From NCBI GenBank assembly GCA_964016885.1, contig OZ024743.1:63736001-63800000 (forward strand): DNA of 64,000 nucleotides, written 5' to 3'. Position 1 is the stretch's first letter. Each line of letters opens with the position of its first letter. This DNA is from Eledone cirrhosa (Eukaryota). Below the pieces are notes generated by a model that was given only the letters and a program-made list of their open reading frames with translations, searched no databases and was not told the origin of the DNA. Made by a program: the position numbers and the translations under genes. Shown in pieces: positions 23,446-36,900 of this stretch.

Positions 23446-25289
23446 AAGAATGAGAAATTAGACAGATTGAAGAGACGGGCAGGGCGGAATCGGAAAAGAT
23501 GTTTTTAGAAAAAAATAATAGCTCCATTCATGTTGCCATCTCTTAACACTACACACAGACACACATTTAAAATAAATAAAAAAATTATAATTTCAAGGGA
23601 GGTAATTCAGTTTAATTTACAATTTGTTTATCTCCCTTCTCTCTATTTTGACTGTTAAGCAAAAATCTTTAAAAATTAGATACACACACACCTACACACT
23701 GATATAAGTATACACACACACACACACATACACCCCCCCCCACCCCACACACATATATATATATATATATGGAAAGTTATATTTAAAATTGTTGGGTTAC
23801 AACTAGTAAATATTTATAACTGATATAAAAGCACTCGACAAATATTTGGAGTATATTTACAATATTAAATAAATGGAAACTATATTTATAAAACCATATT
23901 TATTTCATTATATATATTTCGGGGATATCATATTAACAATATGCTATGCCTTCCTCAGACAAAATACAATATAAACAGTTTTATAGATAAATAGATTCGA
24001 CATACCGTTATAACACCGACTTCCATTTGAAGAGGTTTAAGCTGGCTGTGAAAAAATTTTACACAGAGAGAAAGAAAGAGAGAAAAAAGAAAGAAAGACA
24101 GAAAAGGAAGAAAAGGAAGAAAAAGAAGAAATGCATGGAACAAAAAAGAGAGATGGAAAGATAGATAAAGCGAAGAACTTCATGTAAAGAAACAGAAAGA
24201 GATATATATATATATATAGAGAGAGAGAGGAAGTAGAGATAGATACATATATATATAGAAAATTAGGTAGTGGGAGGTCATTTTGAGTAAATGTATCAAT
24301 GATACATTTATTTATTTATTTATTTATTTAGCTCAAGTATTAATGTAAGGGAGATATATATAGAGAGAAAAAAAATATAGAGAGAGGAAAAAATAGCGAG
24401 AGAAAAAAAATTTAAAAATAGCCAGATATATTCGAGGCGTAAAAACCCTATGTTTTAATGTATTAGTATTTATAAAACTTACACTATATTGTAAATATCA
24501 GTATTCCTGAATGAGACAAGTATCCATAGTGTGTGAAAATTAATTATCTTATGTTTAGTTTTTAAAAAATTCATATGTTTATGTGACAGCTACAAACATC
24601 CATGCGAATCCACATGATTCACTCTGCAAACTCTAAGTTCACGGAAAACATTCTCAATGTGGTATAAAAATTTGAGCATACAAATATGTGTATTATTATT
24701 CCTGTCTTTACTCTACAAGATTATCTATTAAGCAGAAATAGAGAGCAGATTTCAATATACTAATAAAAATATATATCAGAAACAAAACTAAAAAAATAAA
24801 AAGATAACAATAATAATAATAAGTAAACATAAGTAATAATAAAATAGAAAACTAAAAAATATTACGAAAGAATATTACATAATAAAAATATTACATATTA
24901 AAAATATTACGTATTAAAAAATATTACGTATTAAAAATTTACATATTAAAGATATTAAAAATAAAAATAAAAATAAAAAAATAAAAAATAATTATAAAAT
25001 ACTACAATAATAAAAAAAAAAAAATAAAAATAAACCACAAAGATCAACCCTTCAAAGTTAATTGACAATATATTGCCAAGTTCATTACAAGACAAAGCCA
25101 AAAATTATCTATCAAATCACATCTAGCAAAGATCATTTCAAAAAGTTTATGATGTCCAAATTGGTCTACATATGTTCTTATATTTAATATAGAAGTTTAT
25201 CTAGTGTAAGGTTTATTCAAAAAATTTGGAGCATCAGCTTTTAGGGTAGCTTAATTTTTCATGAGGAATGTTTAAATAAAAATAATATT

Positions 25290-27936
25290 TTGTTAGAGGT
25301 ACCTACTGACTGTAGGTTTCGCTTTGTACTTAGGAAAGGCGGGTCTTCTGTATTACTGTGTAGCGCCAAATATCTCGGTCCAGTGACATTGTCTTGGAGA
25401 GGTGTAAGTGTGTGAGGTCGGAATTTAGCAAGTCGCCCCAGGTTTTTCTGGGTCTGCCTACTCCGTGGCTACTGTCTATTTTTATTGCCCTGCACTTTTT
25501 TATGCAGCTGACGTCTTTCATGCGCATCACGTGACCGTACCAATGTAGTCTTCTCTCGAGTAAACAGCATCTGATCCCTCTTATTCCTAATTTCTCCCTT
25601 AGTTCGTTTATGCTTTGCCGTTTACGTATATTACTATTACACATCCAGCGGAGCATGCAAGCTTCGTTCCTCTCCAGTCTGTGTATATCCTCTGCACACA
25701 ATGCCCAGGTCTCACTGCCATGTAACATTGCTGTTCGTATGCAGGCATCATACAGCCTGCCTTTCATTTTTAGTGAGAACCCTTTAGCGGCCAATAGTGG
25801 TATAAGCTCTCTGAACTTTTTCCATCCCGTTCTGACTCTAGCTACTGTACTTTCGTAGCACCCTCCACCACTGCTGATTTTGTCACCCAGGTAACGGAAG
25901 GTGTCCACTATTTCTATAGAACCATCTATGCAATGGAATGAGCTAGTGTACTGTGGGCACTTGCTGCTACTTATTGCACCAGAGCACCGGCCACATATAA
26001 AATCTATATTCTTAGTTAGCTTACCTGTGATCCCACTAAATCTTTTATGCACCCATACTCTGCATTTGGGACATAAAATTGAGTTTCTGCCTACTCATTT
26101 CCTACACACTGAGCATGGCCATTTCCCAGATGGGACTGGTGCCCAATTTTCCTTCCTACAAACTAGAACTTTGGTCTTAGCCAGATTAATTTTAAGGCCT
26201 TTTGATTCTAGGCCGTGCTTCCATGTTTGGAATTTCTTCTCTAGTTCGGCTATTGATTCAGCTATGAGCGTTAGATCATCTGCGTATAGGAGTTCCCATG
26301 GGCAGCCGGTCTTGAACTCCTCTGTTATAGTCTGAAGGGCAATAATAAATAGTAGGGGGTAAGAACAGAGCCCTGATGAACAACAACCTTTACGCTAAAC
26401 TCTTCACTATATTCGTTGTTAATTCTAACCTTGCTGACTGTTTCTTTATACATGGCTTGTATAGCTCTCACAAGCCATTCATCAACACCTAGTTTTCTAA
26501 GAGCCCACCAGATAATGGAGTGGGGGACTCTGTCAAAGCTTTCTCCAAGTCAACAAAAGCTAAGTATAGGGGTTTACTTTTAGCTAGGTTCTTCTCCTGT
26601 AGTTGTCGTACAATGAAAAGAGCGTCTGTGGTACTTTTACCTGACACAAACCCGAACTGCATTTCATCTAGATCAATTCGCTCTCTGATTAGTTGCACTA
26701 TTACTTTTTCTGTGACCTTCATGACCTGGTCGATTAATGCCTCTATAGTTACCCCTATCTGGGGCATCTCCTTTACCCTTGTAGCAGTTAATGATGATGC
26801 TGCTACGCCAGTCCTTCGGAACAACCCCATTCTGTATGACTTGGTTTACTATCCGGGTGACCATAGTGTCCCACCGTTCCAGATGCTTTCAGCATTTCAG
26901 CAACTATTTCCGAAGGCCCAGCCGCCTTACCCGTCTTCATATCTCTGATTGTCTTACTACCTTCAACTAGCACTGCTGGTCCCTCTATTGGATCGTGGTG
27001 GGGGAGACTGTCTTTCTCCCATTTATTCTCCTCATTTAGTAGCCTTTCGTAGTGACACTTCCAAGCTACCTTCTTATCAGCGTCAGTGATGGCAAGTACA
27101 CCATCATCATTAAGGATACACTTCTCCCCAACAATATCATGGTTTTCCTTGACACATTGCCTAGCAATCCTGAACACCTCACGTTTTTGGTCCTCGCATT
27201 GTAGAACATGCTTGAACTTTCTTTAACTTCCATATTTTTCTCCTGAGGATAGTCCTCCTCTGTTGTCGAGTACGTCTTGTCCTGACTACGAGGTCGCTGA
27301 CTATGAATCTATGTTGGGAGGTGCATTCTTCATGGGGGAGGGATTTAGTGTTTACGATAGACACTATCATGTCTTCTGCTAAGGATATAATCTACCTGAC
27401 TGGCGTGTTCCCCTGATCTAAAGGTGATCAAGTGATTGTCTCGTTTTTTGAAGTTAGTGTTACAGACAGTTAGGTTATTTGCATCACATAATTCCAGGAT
27501 TCTGGCGCCTTCCTCATTTCTAGTACCAAACCCATAGCCTCCATGGATTCCGTCATAGCCATCACAATGTTGTCCAACGTGACCATTTAGGTCGCCAGCA
27601 ATAATTATGTAGTCACTGTCGGTTATTTGGGAGGTAGTGAGCATCAGTGTCTCATAGAATCTGTCTTTTATAACACCAGGCAGTCCGGATTGGGGTGCAT
27701 ACGCAGATATTACTGTCACAGTAGTTCTATTGAGGACAAGTCTTATTTTAATTATTCTGTCATTCACTCTATTTACGTCTATTATCTTATCCACCTATTT
27801 TTCTGCTAACATGATTCCTACCCCACCCAGCCCATTGTCATTTCCCACCCAGAAAAGCTTATAGCATCGTTTTTTACCCACAATGAATCTAGCAGACCCA
27901 CCCCTCCACCTGGTCTCTTGGATACAGCAAACATCA
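25290..27936 (-). mobile_element. RTE-clade LINE (APE, RT, PHD-like), decayed; 5' end cut off by the satellite
   Basis: VISAYAPQSG, IAGDLNGHVG, SQVDYIL, QFGFVSGKSTTDALF, FRYLGDKIS, LHWYGHVMRM; the reverse complement of 27750-27936 matches 63812-64000. Confidence 0.93.
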
Positions 27937-30900
27937 TAAGGGAACATAAGAGAACCAAACGTCCACTGTCACTGCCTCTGTTTCTCCTGCTCTCCCTATC
28001 TCTCATATACACCATGTCCGAACATAAGGGAACCAAACTCTCACTGCCTCTGTTTCTCCTGCTCTCCCCATCTCTCATATACACCATGTCCGAACATAAG
28101 GGAACCAAACTCTCACTGCCTCTGTTTCTCCTGCTCTCCCCATCTCTCATATACACCATGTCCGAACATAAGGGAACCAAACTCTCACTGCCTCTGTTTC
28201 TCCTGCTCTCCCCATCTCTCATATACACCTTGTCCGAACGAACATAAGGGAACCAAACTTCCACTGTCACTGTTTCTCCTGCTCTCCCCATCTCTCATAT
28301 ACAACATAAGGGAACCAAACTGTCACTGCCTCTGTTTCTCCTGCTCTCCCCATCTCTCATATACACCATGTCCAAACATAAGAGAACCAAACTTCCACTC
28401 TCACTGCCTCTGTTTCTCCTGCTCTCCCCATCTCTCATATACACCATGTCCAAACATAAGAGAACCAAACTTCCACTCTCACTGCCTCTGTTTCTCCTGC
28501 TCTCCCCATCTCTCATATACACCATGTCCAAACATAAGAGAACCAAACTTCCACTCTCACTGCCTCTGTTTCTCCTGCTCTCCCCATCTCTCATATACAC
28601 CATGTCCGAACATAAGGGAACCAAACTCTCACTGCCTCTGTTTCTCCTGCTCTCCCCATCTCTCATATACACCTTGTCCGAACGAACATAAGGGAACCAA
28701 ACTGTCACTGCCTCTGTTTCTCCTGCTCTCCCCATCTCTCATATACAACATAAGGGAACCAAACTGTCACTGCCTCTGTTTCTCCTGCTCTCCCCATCTC
28801 TCATATACACCATGTCCAAACATAAGAGAACCAAACTTCCACTCTCACTGCCTCTGTTTCTCCTGCTCTCCCCATCTCTCATATACACCATGTCCAAACA
28901 TAAGAGAACCAAACTTCCACTCTCACTGCCTCTGTTTCTCCTGCTCTCCCCATCTCTCATATACACCATGTCCAAACATAAGGGAACCAAACTCTCACTG
29001 CCTCTGTTTCTCCTGCTCTCCCCATCTCTCATATACACAATGTCCAAACATAAGAGAACCAAACTTCCACTCTCACTGCCTCTGTTTCTCCTGCTCTCCC
29101 CATCTCTCATATACACCATGTCCAAACATAAGGGAACCAAACTCTCACTGCCTCTGTTTCTCCTGCTCTCCCCATCTCTCATATACACAATGTCCAAACA
29201 TAAGAGAACCAAACTTCCACTCTCACTGCCTCTGTTTCTCCTGCTCTCCCCATCTCTCATATACACAATGTCCAAACATAAGAGAACCAAACTTCCACTC
29301 TCACTGCCTCTGTTTCTCCTGCTCTCCCCATCTCTCATATACACCATGTCCAAACATAAGAGAACCAAACTCTCACTGCCTCTGTTTCTCCTGCTCTCCC
29401 CATCTCTCATATACACCATGTCCAAACATAAGAGAACCAAACTTCCACTCTCACTGCCTCTGTTTCTCCTGCTCTCCCCATCTCTCATATACACAATGTC
29501 CAAACATAAGAGAACCAAACTTCCACTCTCACTGCCTCTGTTTCTCCTGCTCTCCCCATCTCTCATATACACCATGTGCAAACATAAGAGAACCAAACTT
29601 CCACTCTCACTGCCTCTGTTTCTCCTGCTCTCCCCATCTCTCATATACACCATGTCCAAACATAAGAGAACCAAACTTCCACTCTCACTGCCTCTGTTTC
29701 TCCTGCTCTCCCCATTTCTCATATACACCATGTCCAAACATAAGAGAACCAAACTTCCACTCTCACTGCCTCTGTTTCTCCTGCTCTCCCCATCTCTCAT
29801 ATACACCATGTCCAAACATAAGGGAACCAAACTCTCACTGCCTCTGTTTCTCCTGCTCTCCCCATCTCTCATATACACAATGTCCAAACATAAGGGAACC
29901 AAACTCTCACTGCCTCTGTTTCTCCTGCTCTCCCCATCTCTCATATACACCATGTCCAAACATAAGGGAACCAAACTCTCACTGCCTCTGTTTCTCCTGC
30001 TCTCCCCATCTCTCATATACACCATGTCCAAACATAAGGGAACCAAACTCTCACTGCCTCTGTTTCTCCTGCTCTCACCATCTCTCATATACACCTTGTC
30101 CGAACATAAGGGAACCAAACTCTCACTGCCCCTGTTTCTCCTGCTCTCCCCATCTCTCATATACACCATGTCCAAACATAAGGGAAACAAACTCTCACTG
30201 CCTCTGTTTCTCCTGCTCTCCCCATCTCTCATATACACCATGTCCAAACATAAGGGAACCAAACTCTCACTGCCTCTGTTTCTCCTGCTCTCCCCATCTC
30301 TCATATACACCATGTCCAAACATAAGAGAACCAAACTTCCACTCTCACTGCCTCTGTTTCTCCTGCTCTCCCCATCTCTCATATACACCATGTCCAAACA
30401 TAAGGGAACCAAACTCTCACTGCCTCTGTTTCTCCTGCTCTCCCCATCTCTCATATACACCATGTCCAAACATAAGAGAACCAAACTTCCACTCTCACTG
30501 CCTCTGTTTCTCCTGCTCTCCCCATCTCTCATATACACCATGTCCAAACATAAGGGAACCAAACTGTCACTGCCTCTGTTTCTCCTGCTCTCCCCATCTC
30601 TCATATACACCATGTCCAAACATAAGGGAACCAAACTCTCACTGCCTCTGTTTCTCCTGCTCTCCCCATCTCTCATATACACAATGTCCAAACATAAGAG
30701 AACCAAACTTCCACTCTCACTGCCTCTGTTTCTCCTGCTCTCCCCATTTCTCATATACACCATGTCCAAACATAAGAGAACCAAACTTCCACTCTCACTG
30801 CCTCTGTTTCTCCTGCTCTCACCATCTCTCATATACACCTTGTCCGAACATAAGGGAACCAAACTCTCACTGCCCCTGTTTCTCCTCTCCCCATCTCTCA

Positions 30901-33900
30901 TATACACCTTGTCCGAACGAACATAAGAGAACCAAACTTCCACTCTCACTGCCTCTGTTTCTCCTGCTCTCCCATCTCTCATATACACCATGTCCAAACA
31001 TAAGAGAACCAAACTCTCACTGCCTCTGTTTCTCCTGCTCTCCCCATCTCTCATATACACCATGTCCAAACATAAGAGAACCAAACTTCCACTCTCACTG
31101 CCTCTGTTTCTCCTGCTCTCCCCATCTCTCATATACACCATGTCCAAACATAAGAGAACCAAACTTCCACTCTCACTGCCTCTGTTTCTCCTGCTCTCCC
31201 CATCTCTCATATACACCATGTCCAAACATAAGGGAACCAAACTCTCACTGCCTCTGTTTCTCCTGCTCTCCCCATCTCTCATATACACAATGTCCAAACA
31301 TAAGAGAACCAAACTTCCACTCTCACTGCCTCTGTTTCTCCTGCTCTCCCCATCTCTCATATACACCATGTCCAAACATAAGGGAACCAAACTCTCACTG
31401 CCTCTGTTTCTCCTGCTCTCCCCATCTCTCATATACACAATGTCCAAACATAAGAGAACCAAACTTCCACTCTCACTGCCTCTGTTTCTCCTGCTCTCCC
31501 CATCTCTCATATACACCATGTCCAAACATAAGGGAACCAAACTCTCACTGCCTCTGTTTCTCCTGCTCTCCCCATCTCTCATATACACAATGTCCAAACA
31601 TAAGAGAACCAAACTTCCACTCTCACTGCCTCTGTTTCTCCTGCTCTCCCCATCTCTCATATACACAATGTCCAAACATAAGAGAACCAAACTTCCACTC
31701 TCACTGCCTCTGTTTCTCCTGCTCTCCCCATCTCTCATATACACCATGTCCAAACATAAGAGAACCAAACTCTCACTGCCTCTGTTTCTCCTGCTCTCCC
31801 CATCTCTCATATACACCATGTCCAAACATAAGAGAACCAAACTTCCACTCTCACTGCCTCTGTTTCTCCTGCTCTCCCCATCTCTCATATACACAATGTC
31901 CAAACATAAGAGAACCAAACTTCCACTCTCACTGCCTCTGTTTCTCCTGCTCTCCCCATCTCTCATATACACCATGTGCAAACATAAGAGAACCAAACTT
32001 CCACTCTCACTGCCTCTGTTTCTCCTGCTCTCCCCATCTCTCATATACACCATGTCCAAACATAAGAGAACCAAACTTCCACTCTCACTGCCTCTGTTTC
32101 TCCTGCTCTCCCCATCTCTCATATACACCATGTCCAAACATAAGAGAACCAAACTCTCACTGCCTCTGTTTCTCCTGCTCTCCCCATCTCTCATATACAC
32201 CATGTCCAAACATAAGAGAACCAAACTTCCACTCTCACTGCCTCTGTTTCTCCTGCTCTCCCCATCTCTCATATACACAATGTCCAAACATAAGAGAACC
32301 AAACTTCCACTCTCACTGCCTCTGTTTCTCCTGCTCTCCCCATCTCTCATATACACCATGTGCAAACATAAGAGAACCAAACTTCCACTCTCACTGCCTC
32401 TGTTTCTCCTGCTCTCCCCATCTCTCATATACACCATGTCCAAACATAAGAGAACCAAACTTCCACTCTCACTGCCTCTGTTTCTCCTGCTCTCCCCATT
32501 TCTCATATACACCATGTCCAAACATAAGAGAACCAAACTTCCACTCTCACTGCCTCTGTTTCTCCTGCTCTCCCCATCTCTCATATACACCATGTCCAAA
32601 CATAAGGGAACCAAACTCTCACTGCCTCTGTTTCTCCTGCTCTCCCCATCTCTCATATACACAATGTCCAAACATAAGGGAACCAAACTCTCACTGCCTC
32701 TGTTTCTCCTGCTCTCCCCATCTCTCATATACACCATGTCCAAACATAAGGGAACCAAACTCTCACTGCCTCTGTTTCTCCTGCTCTCCCCATCTCTCAT
32801 ATACACCATGTCCAAACATAAGGGAACCAAACTCTCACTGCCTCTGTTTCTCCTGCTCTCACCATCTCTCATATACACCTTGTCCGAACATAAGGGAACC
32901 AAACTCTCACTGCCCCTGTTTCTCCTGCTCTCCCCATCTCTCATATACACCATGTCCAAACATAAGGGAAACAAACTCTCACTGCCTCTGTTTCTCCTGC
33001 TCTCCCCATCTCTCATATACACCATGTCCAAACATAAGGGAACCAAACTCTCACTGCCTCTGTTTCTCCTGCTCTCCCCATCTCTCATATACACCATGTC
33101 CAAACATAAGAGAACCAAACTTCCACTCTCACTGCCTCTGTTTCTCCTGCTCTCCCCATCTCTCATATACACCATGTCCAAACATAAGGGAACCAAACTC
33201 TCACTGCCTCTGTTTCTCCTGCTCTCCCCATCTCTCATATACACCATGTCCAAACATAAGAGAACCAAACTTCCACTCTCACTGCCTCTGTTTCTCCTGC
33301 TCTCCCCATCTCTCATATACACCATGTCCAAACATAAGGGAACCAAACTCTCACTGCCTCTGTTTCTCCTGCTCTCCCCATCTCTCATATACACCATGTC
33401 CAAACATAAGGGAACCAAACTCTCACTGCCTCTGTTTCTCCTGCTCTCCCCACCTCTCATATACACAATGTCCAAACATAAGAGAACCAAACTTCCACTC
33501 TCACTGCCTCTGTTTCTCCTGCTCTCCCCATTTCTCATATACACCATGTCCAAACATAAGAGAACCAAACTTCCACTCTCACTGCCTCTGTTTCTCCTGC
33601 TCTCACCATCTCTCATATACACCTTGTCCGAACATAAGGGAACCAAACTCTCACTGCCCCTGTTTCTCCTCTCCCCATCTCTCATATACACCTTGTCCGA
33701 ACGAACATAAGAGAACCAAACTTCCACTCTCACTGCCTCTGTTTCTCCTGCTCTCCCATCTCTCATATACACCATGTCCAAACATAAGAGAACCAAACTC
33801 TCACTGCCTCTGTTTCTCCTGCTCTCCCCATCTCTCATATACACAATGTCCAAACATAAGAGAACCAAACTTCCACTCTCACTGCCTCTGTTTCTCCTGC

Positions 33901-36900
33901 TCTCCCCATCTCTCATATACACCATGTCCAAACATAAGAGAACCAAACTTCCACTCTCACTGCCTCTGTTTCTCCTGCTCTCCCCATCTCTCATATACAC
34001 CATGTCCAAACATAAGAGAACCAAACTTCCACTCTCACTGCCTCTGTTTCTCCTGCTCTCCCCATCTCTCATATACACCATGTCCAAACATAAGGGAACC
34101 AAACTCTCACTGCCTCTGTTTCTCCTGCTCTCCCCATCTCTCATATACACAATGTCCAAACATAAGAGAACCAAACTTCCACTCTCACTGCCTCTGTTTC
34201 TCCTGCTCTCCTCATCTCTCATATACACCATGTCCAAACATAAGGGAACCAAACTCTCACTGCCTCTGTTTCTCCTGCTCTCCCCATCTCTCATATACAC
34301 AATGTCCAAACATAAGAGAACCAAACTTCCACTCTCACTGCCTCTGTTTCTCCTGCTCTCCCCATCTCTCATATACACCATGTCCAAACATAAGGGAAAC
34401 AAACTCTCACTGCCTCTGTTTCTCCTGCTCTCCCCATCTCTCATATACACAATGTCCAAACATAAGAGAACCAAACTTCCACTCTCACTGCCTCTGTTTC
34501 TCCTGCTCTCCCCATCTCTCATATACACAATGTCCAAACATAAGAGAACCAAACTTCCACTCTCACTGCCTCTGTTTCTCCTGCTCTCCCCATCTCTCAT
34601 ATACACCATGTCCAAACATAAGAGAACCAAACTCTCACTGCCTCTGTTTCTCCTGCTCTCCCCATCTCTCATATACACCATGTCCAAACATAAGAGAACC
34701 AAACTTCCACTCTCACTGCCTCTGTTTCTCCTGCTCTCCCCATCTCTCATATACACAATGTCCAAACATAAGAGAACCAAACTTCCACTCTCACTGCCTC
34801 TGTTTCTCCTGCTCTCCCCATCTCTCATATACACCATGTGCAAACATAAGAGAACCAAACTTCCACTCTCACTGCCTCTGTTTCTCCTGCTCTCCCCATC
34901 TCTCATATACACCATGTCCAAACATAAGAGAACCAAACTTCCACTCTCACTGCCTCTGTTTCTCCTGCTCTCCCCATTTCTCATATACACCATGTCCAAA
35001 CATAAGAGAACCAAACTTCCACTCTCACTGCCTCTGTTTCTCCTGCTCTCCCCATCTCTCATATACACCATGTCCAAACATAAGGGAACCAAACTCTCAC
35101 TGCCTCTGTTTCTCCTGCTCTCCCCATCTCTCATATACACAATGTCCAAACATAAGGGAACCAAACTCTCACTGCCTCTGTTTCTCCTGCTCTCCCCATC
35201 TCTCATATACACCATGTCCAAACATAAGGGAACCAAACTCTCACTGCCTCTGTTTCTCCTGCTCTCACCATCTCTCATATACACCTTGTCCGAACATAAG
35301 GGAACCAAACTCTCACTGCCCCTGTTTCTCCTGCTCTCCCCATCTCTCATATACACCATGTCCAAACATAAGGGAAACAAACTCTCACTGCCTCTGTTTC
35401 TCCTGCTCTCCCCATCTCTCATATACACCATGTCCAAACATAAGGGAACCAAACTCTCACTGCCTCTGTTTCTCCTGCTCTCCCCATCTCTCATATACAC
35501 CATGTCCAAACATAAGAGAACCAAACTTCCACTCTCACTGCCTCTGTTTCTCCTGCTCTCCCCATCTCTCATATACACCATGTCCAAACATAAGGGAACC
35601 AAACTCTCACTGCCTCTGTTTCTCCTGCTCTCCCCATCTCTCATATACACCATGTCCAAACATAAGAGAACCAAACTTCCACTCTCACTGCCTCTGTTTC
35701 TCCTGCTCTCCCCATCTCTCATATACACCATGTCCAAACATAAGGGAACCAAACTCTCACTGCCTCTGTTTCTCCTGCTCTCCCCATCTCTCATATACAC
35801 CATGTCCAAACATAAGGGAACCAAACTCTCACTGCCTCTGTTTCTCCTGCTCTCCCCATCTCTCATATACACAATGTCCAAACATAAGAGAACCAAACTT
35901 CCACTCTCACTGCCTCTGTTTCTCCTGCTCTCCCCATTTCTCATATACACCATGTCCAAACATAAGAGAACCAAACTTCCACTCTCACTGCCTCTGTTTC
36001 TCCTGCTCTCACCATCTCTCATATACACCTTGTCCGAACATAAGGGAACCAAACTCTCACTGCCCCTGTTTCTCCTCTCCCCATCTCTCATATACACCTT
36101 GTCCGAACGAACATAAGAGAACCAAACTTCCACTCTCACTGCCTCTGTTTCTCCTGCTCTCCCATCTCTCATATACACCATGTCCAAACATAAGAGAACC
36201 AAACTCTCACTGCCTCTGTTTCTCCTGCTCTCCCCATCTCTCATATACACAATGTCCAAACATAAGAGAACCAAACTTCCACTCTCACTGCCTCTGTTTC
36301 TCCTGCTCTCCCCATCTCTCATATACACCATGTCCAAACATAAGAGAACCAAACTTCCACTCTCACTGCCTCTGTTTCTCCTGCTCTCCCCATCTCTCAT
36401 ATACACCTTGTCCGAACATAAGGGAACCAAACTCTCACTGCCCCTGTTTCTCCTGCTCTCCCCATCTCTCATATACACCATGTCCAAACATAAGAGAACC
36501 AAACTTCCACTCTCACTGCCTCTGTTTCTCCTGCTCTCCCCATCTCTCATATACACCATGTCCAAACATAAGGGAACCAAACTCTCACTGCCTCTGTTTC
36601 TCCTGCTCTCCCCATCTCTCATATACACCATGTCCAAACATAAGAGAACCAAACTTCCACTCTCACTGCCTCTGTTTCTCCTGCTCTCCCCATCTCTCAT
36701 ATACACCATGTCCAAACATAAGGGAACCAAACTGTCACTGCCTCTGTTTCTCCTGCTCTCCCCATCTCTCATATACACAATGTCCAAACATAAGAGAACC
36801 AAACTTCCACTCTCACTGCCTCTGTTTCTCCTGCTCTCCCCATTTCTCATATACACCATGTCCAAACATAAGAGAACCAAACTTCCACTCTCACTGCCTC

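Noticed and set aside
24770-25035. A-rich tract with short aaaaatattac.tatt repeats
   Set aside because: Ordinary low-complexity slippage with no further structure.
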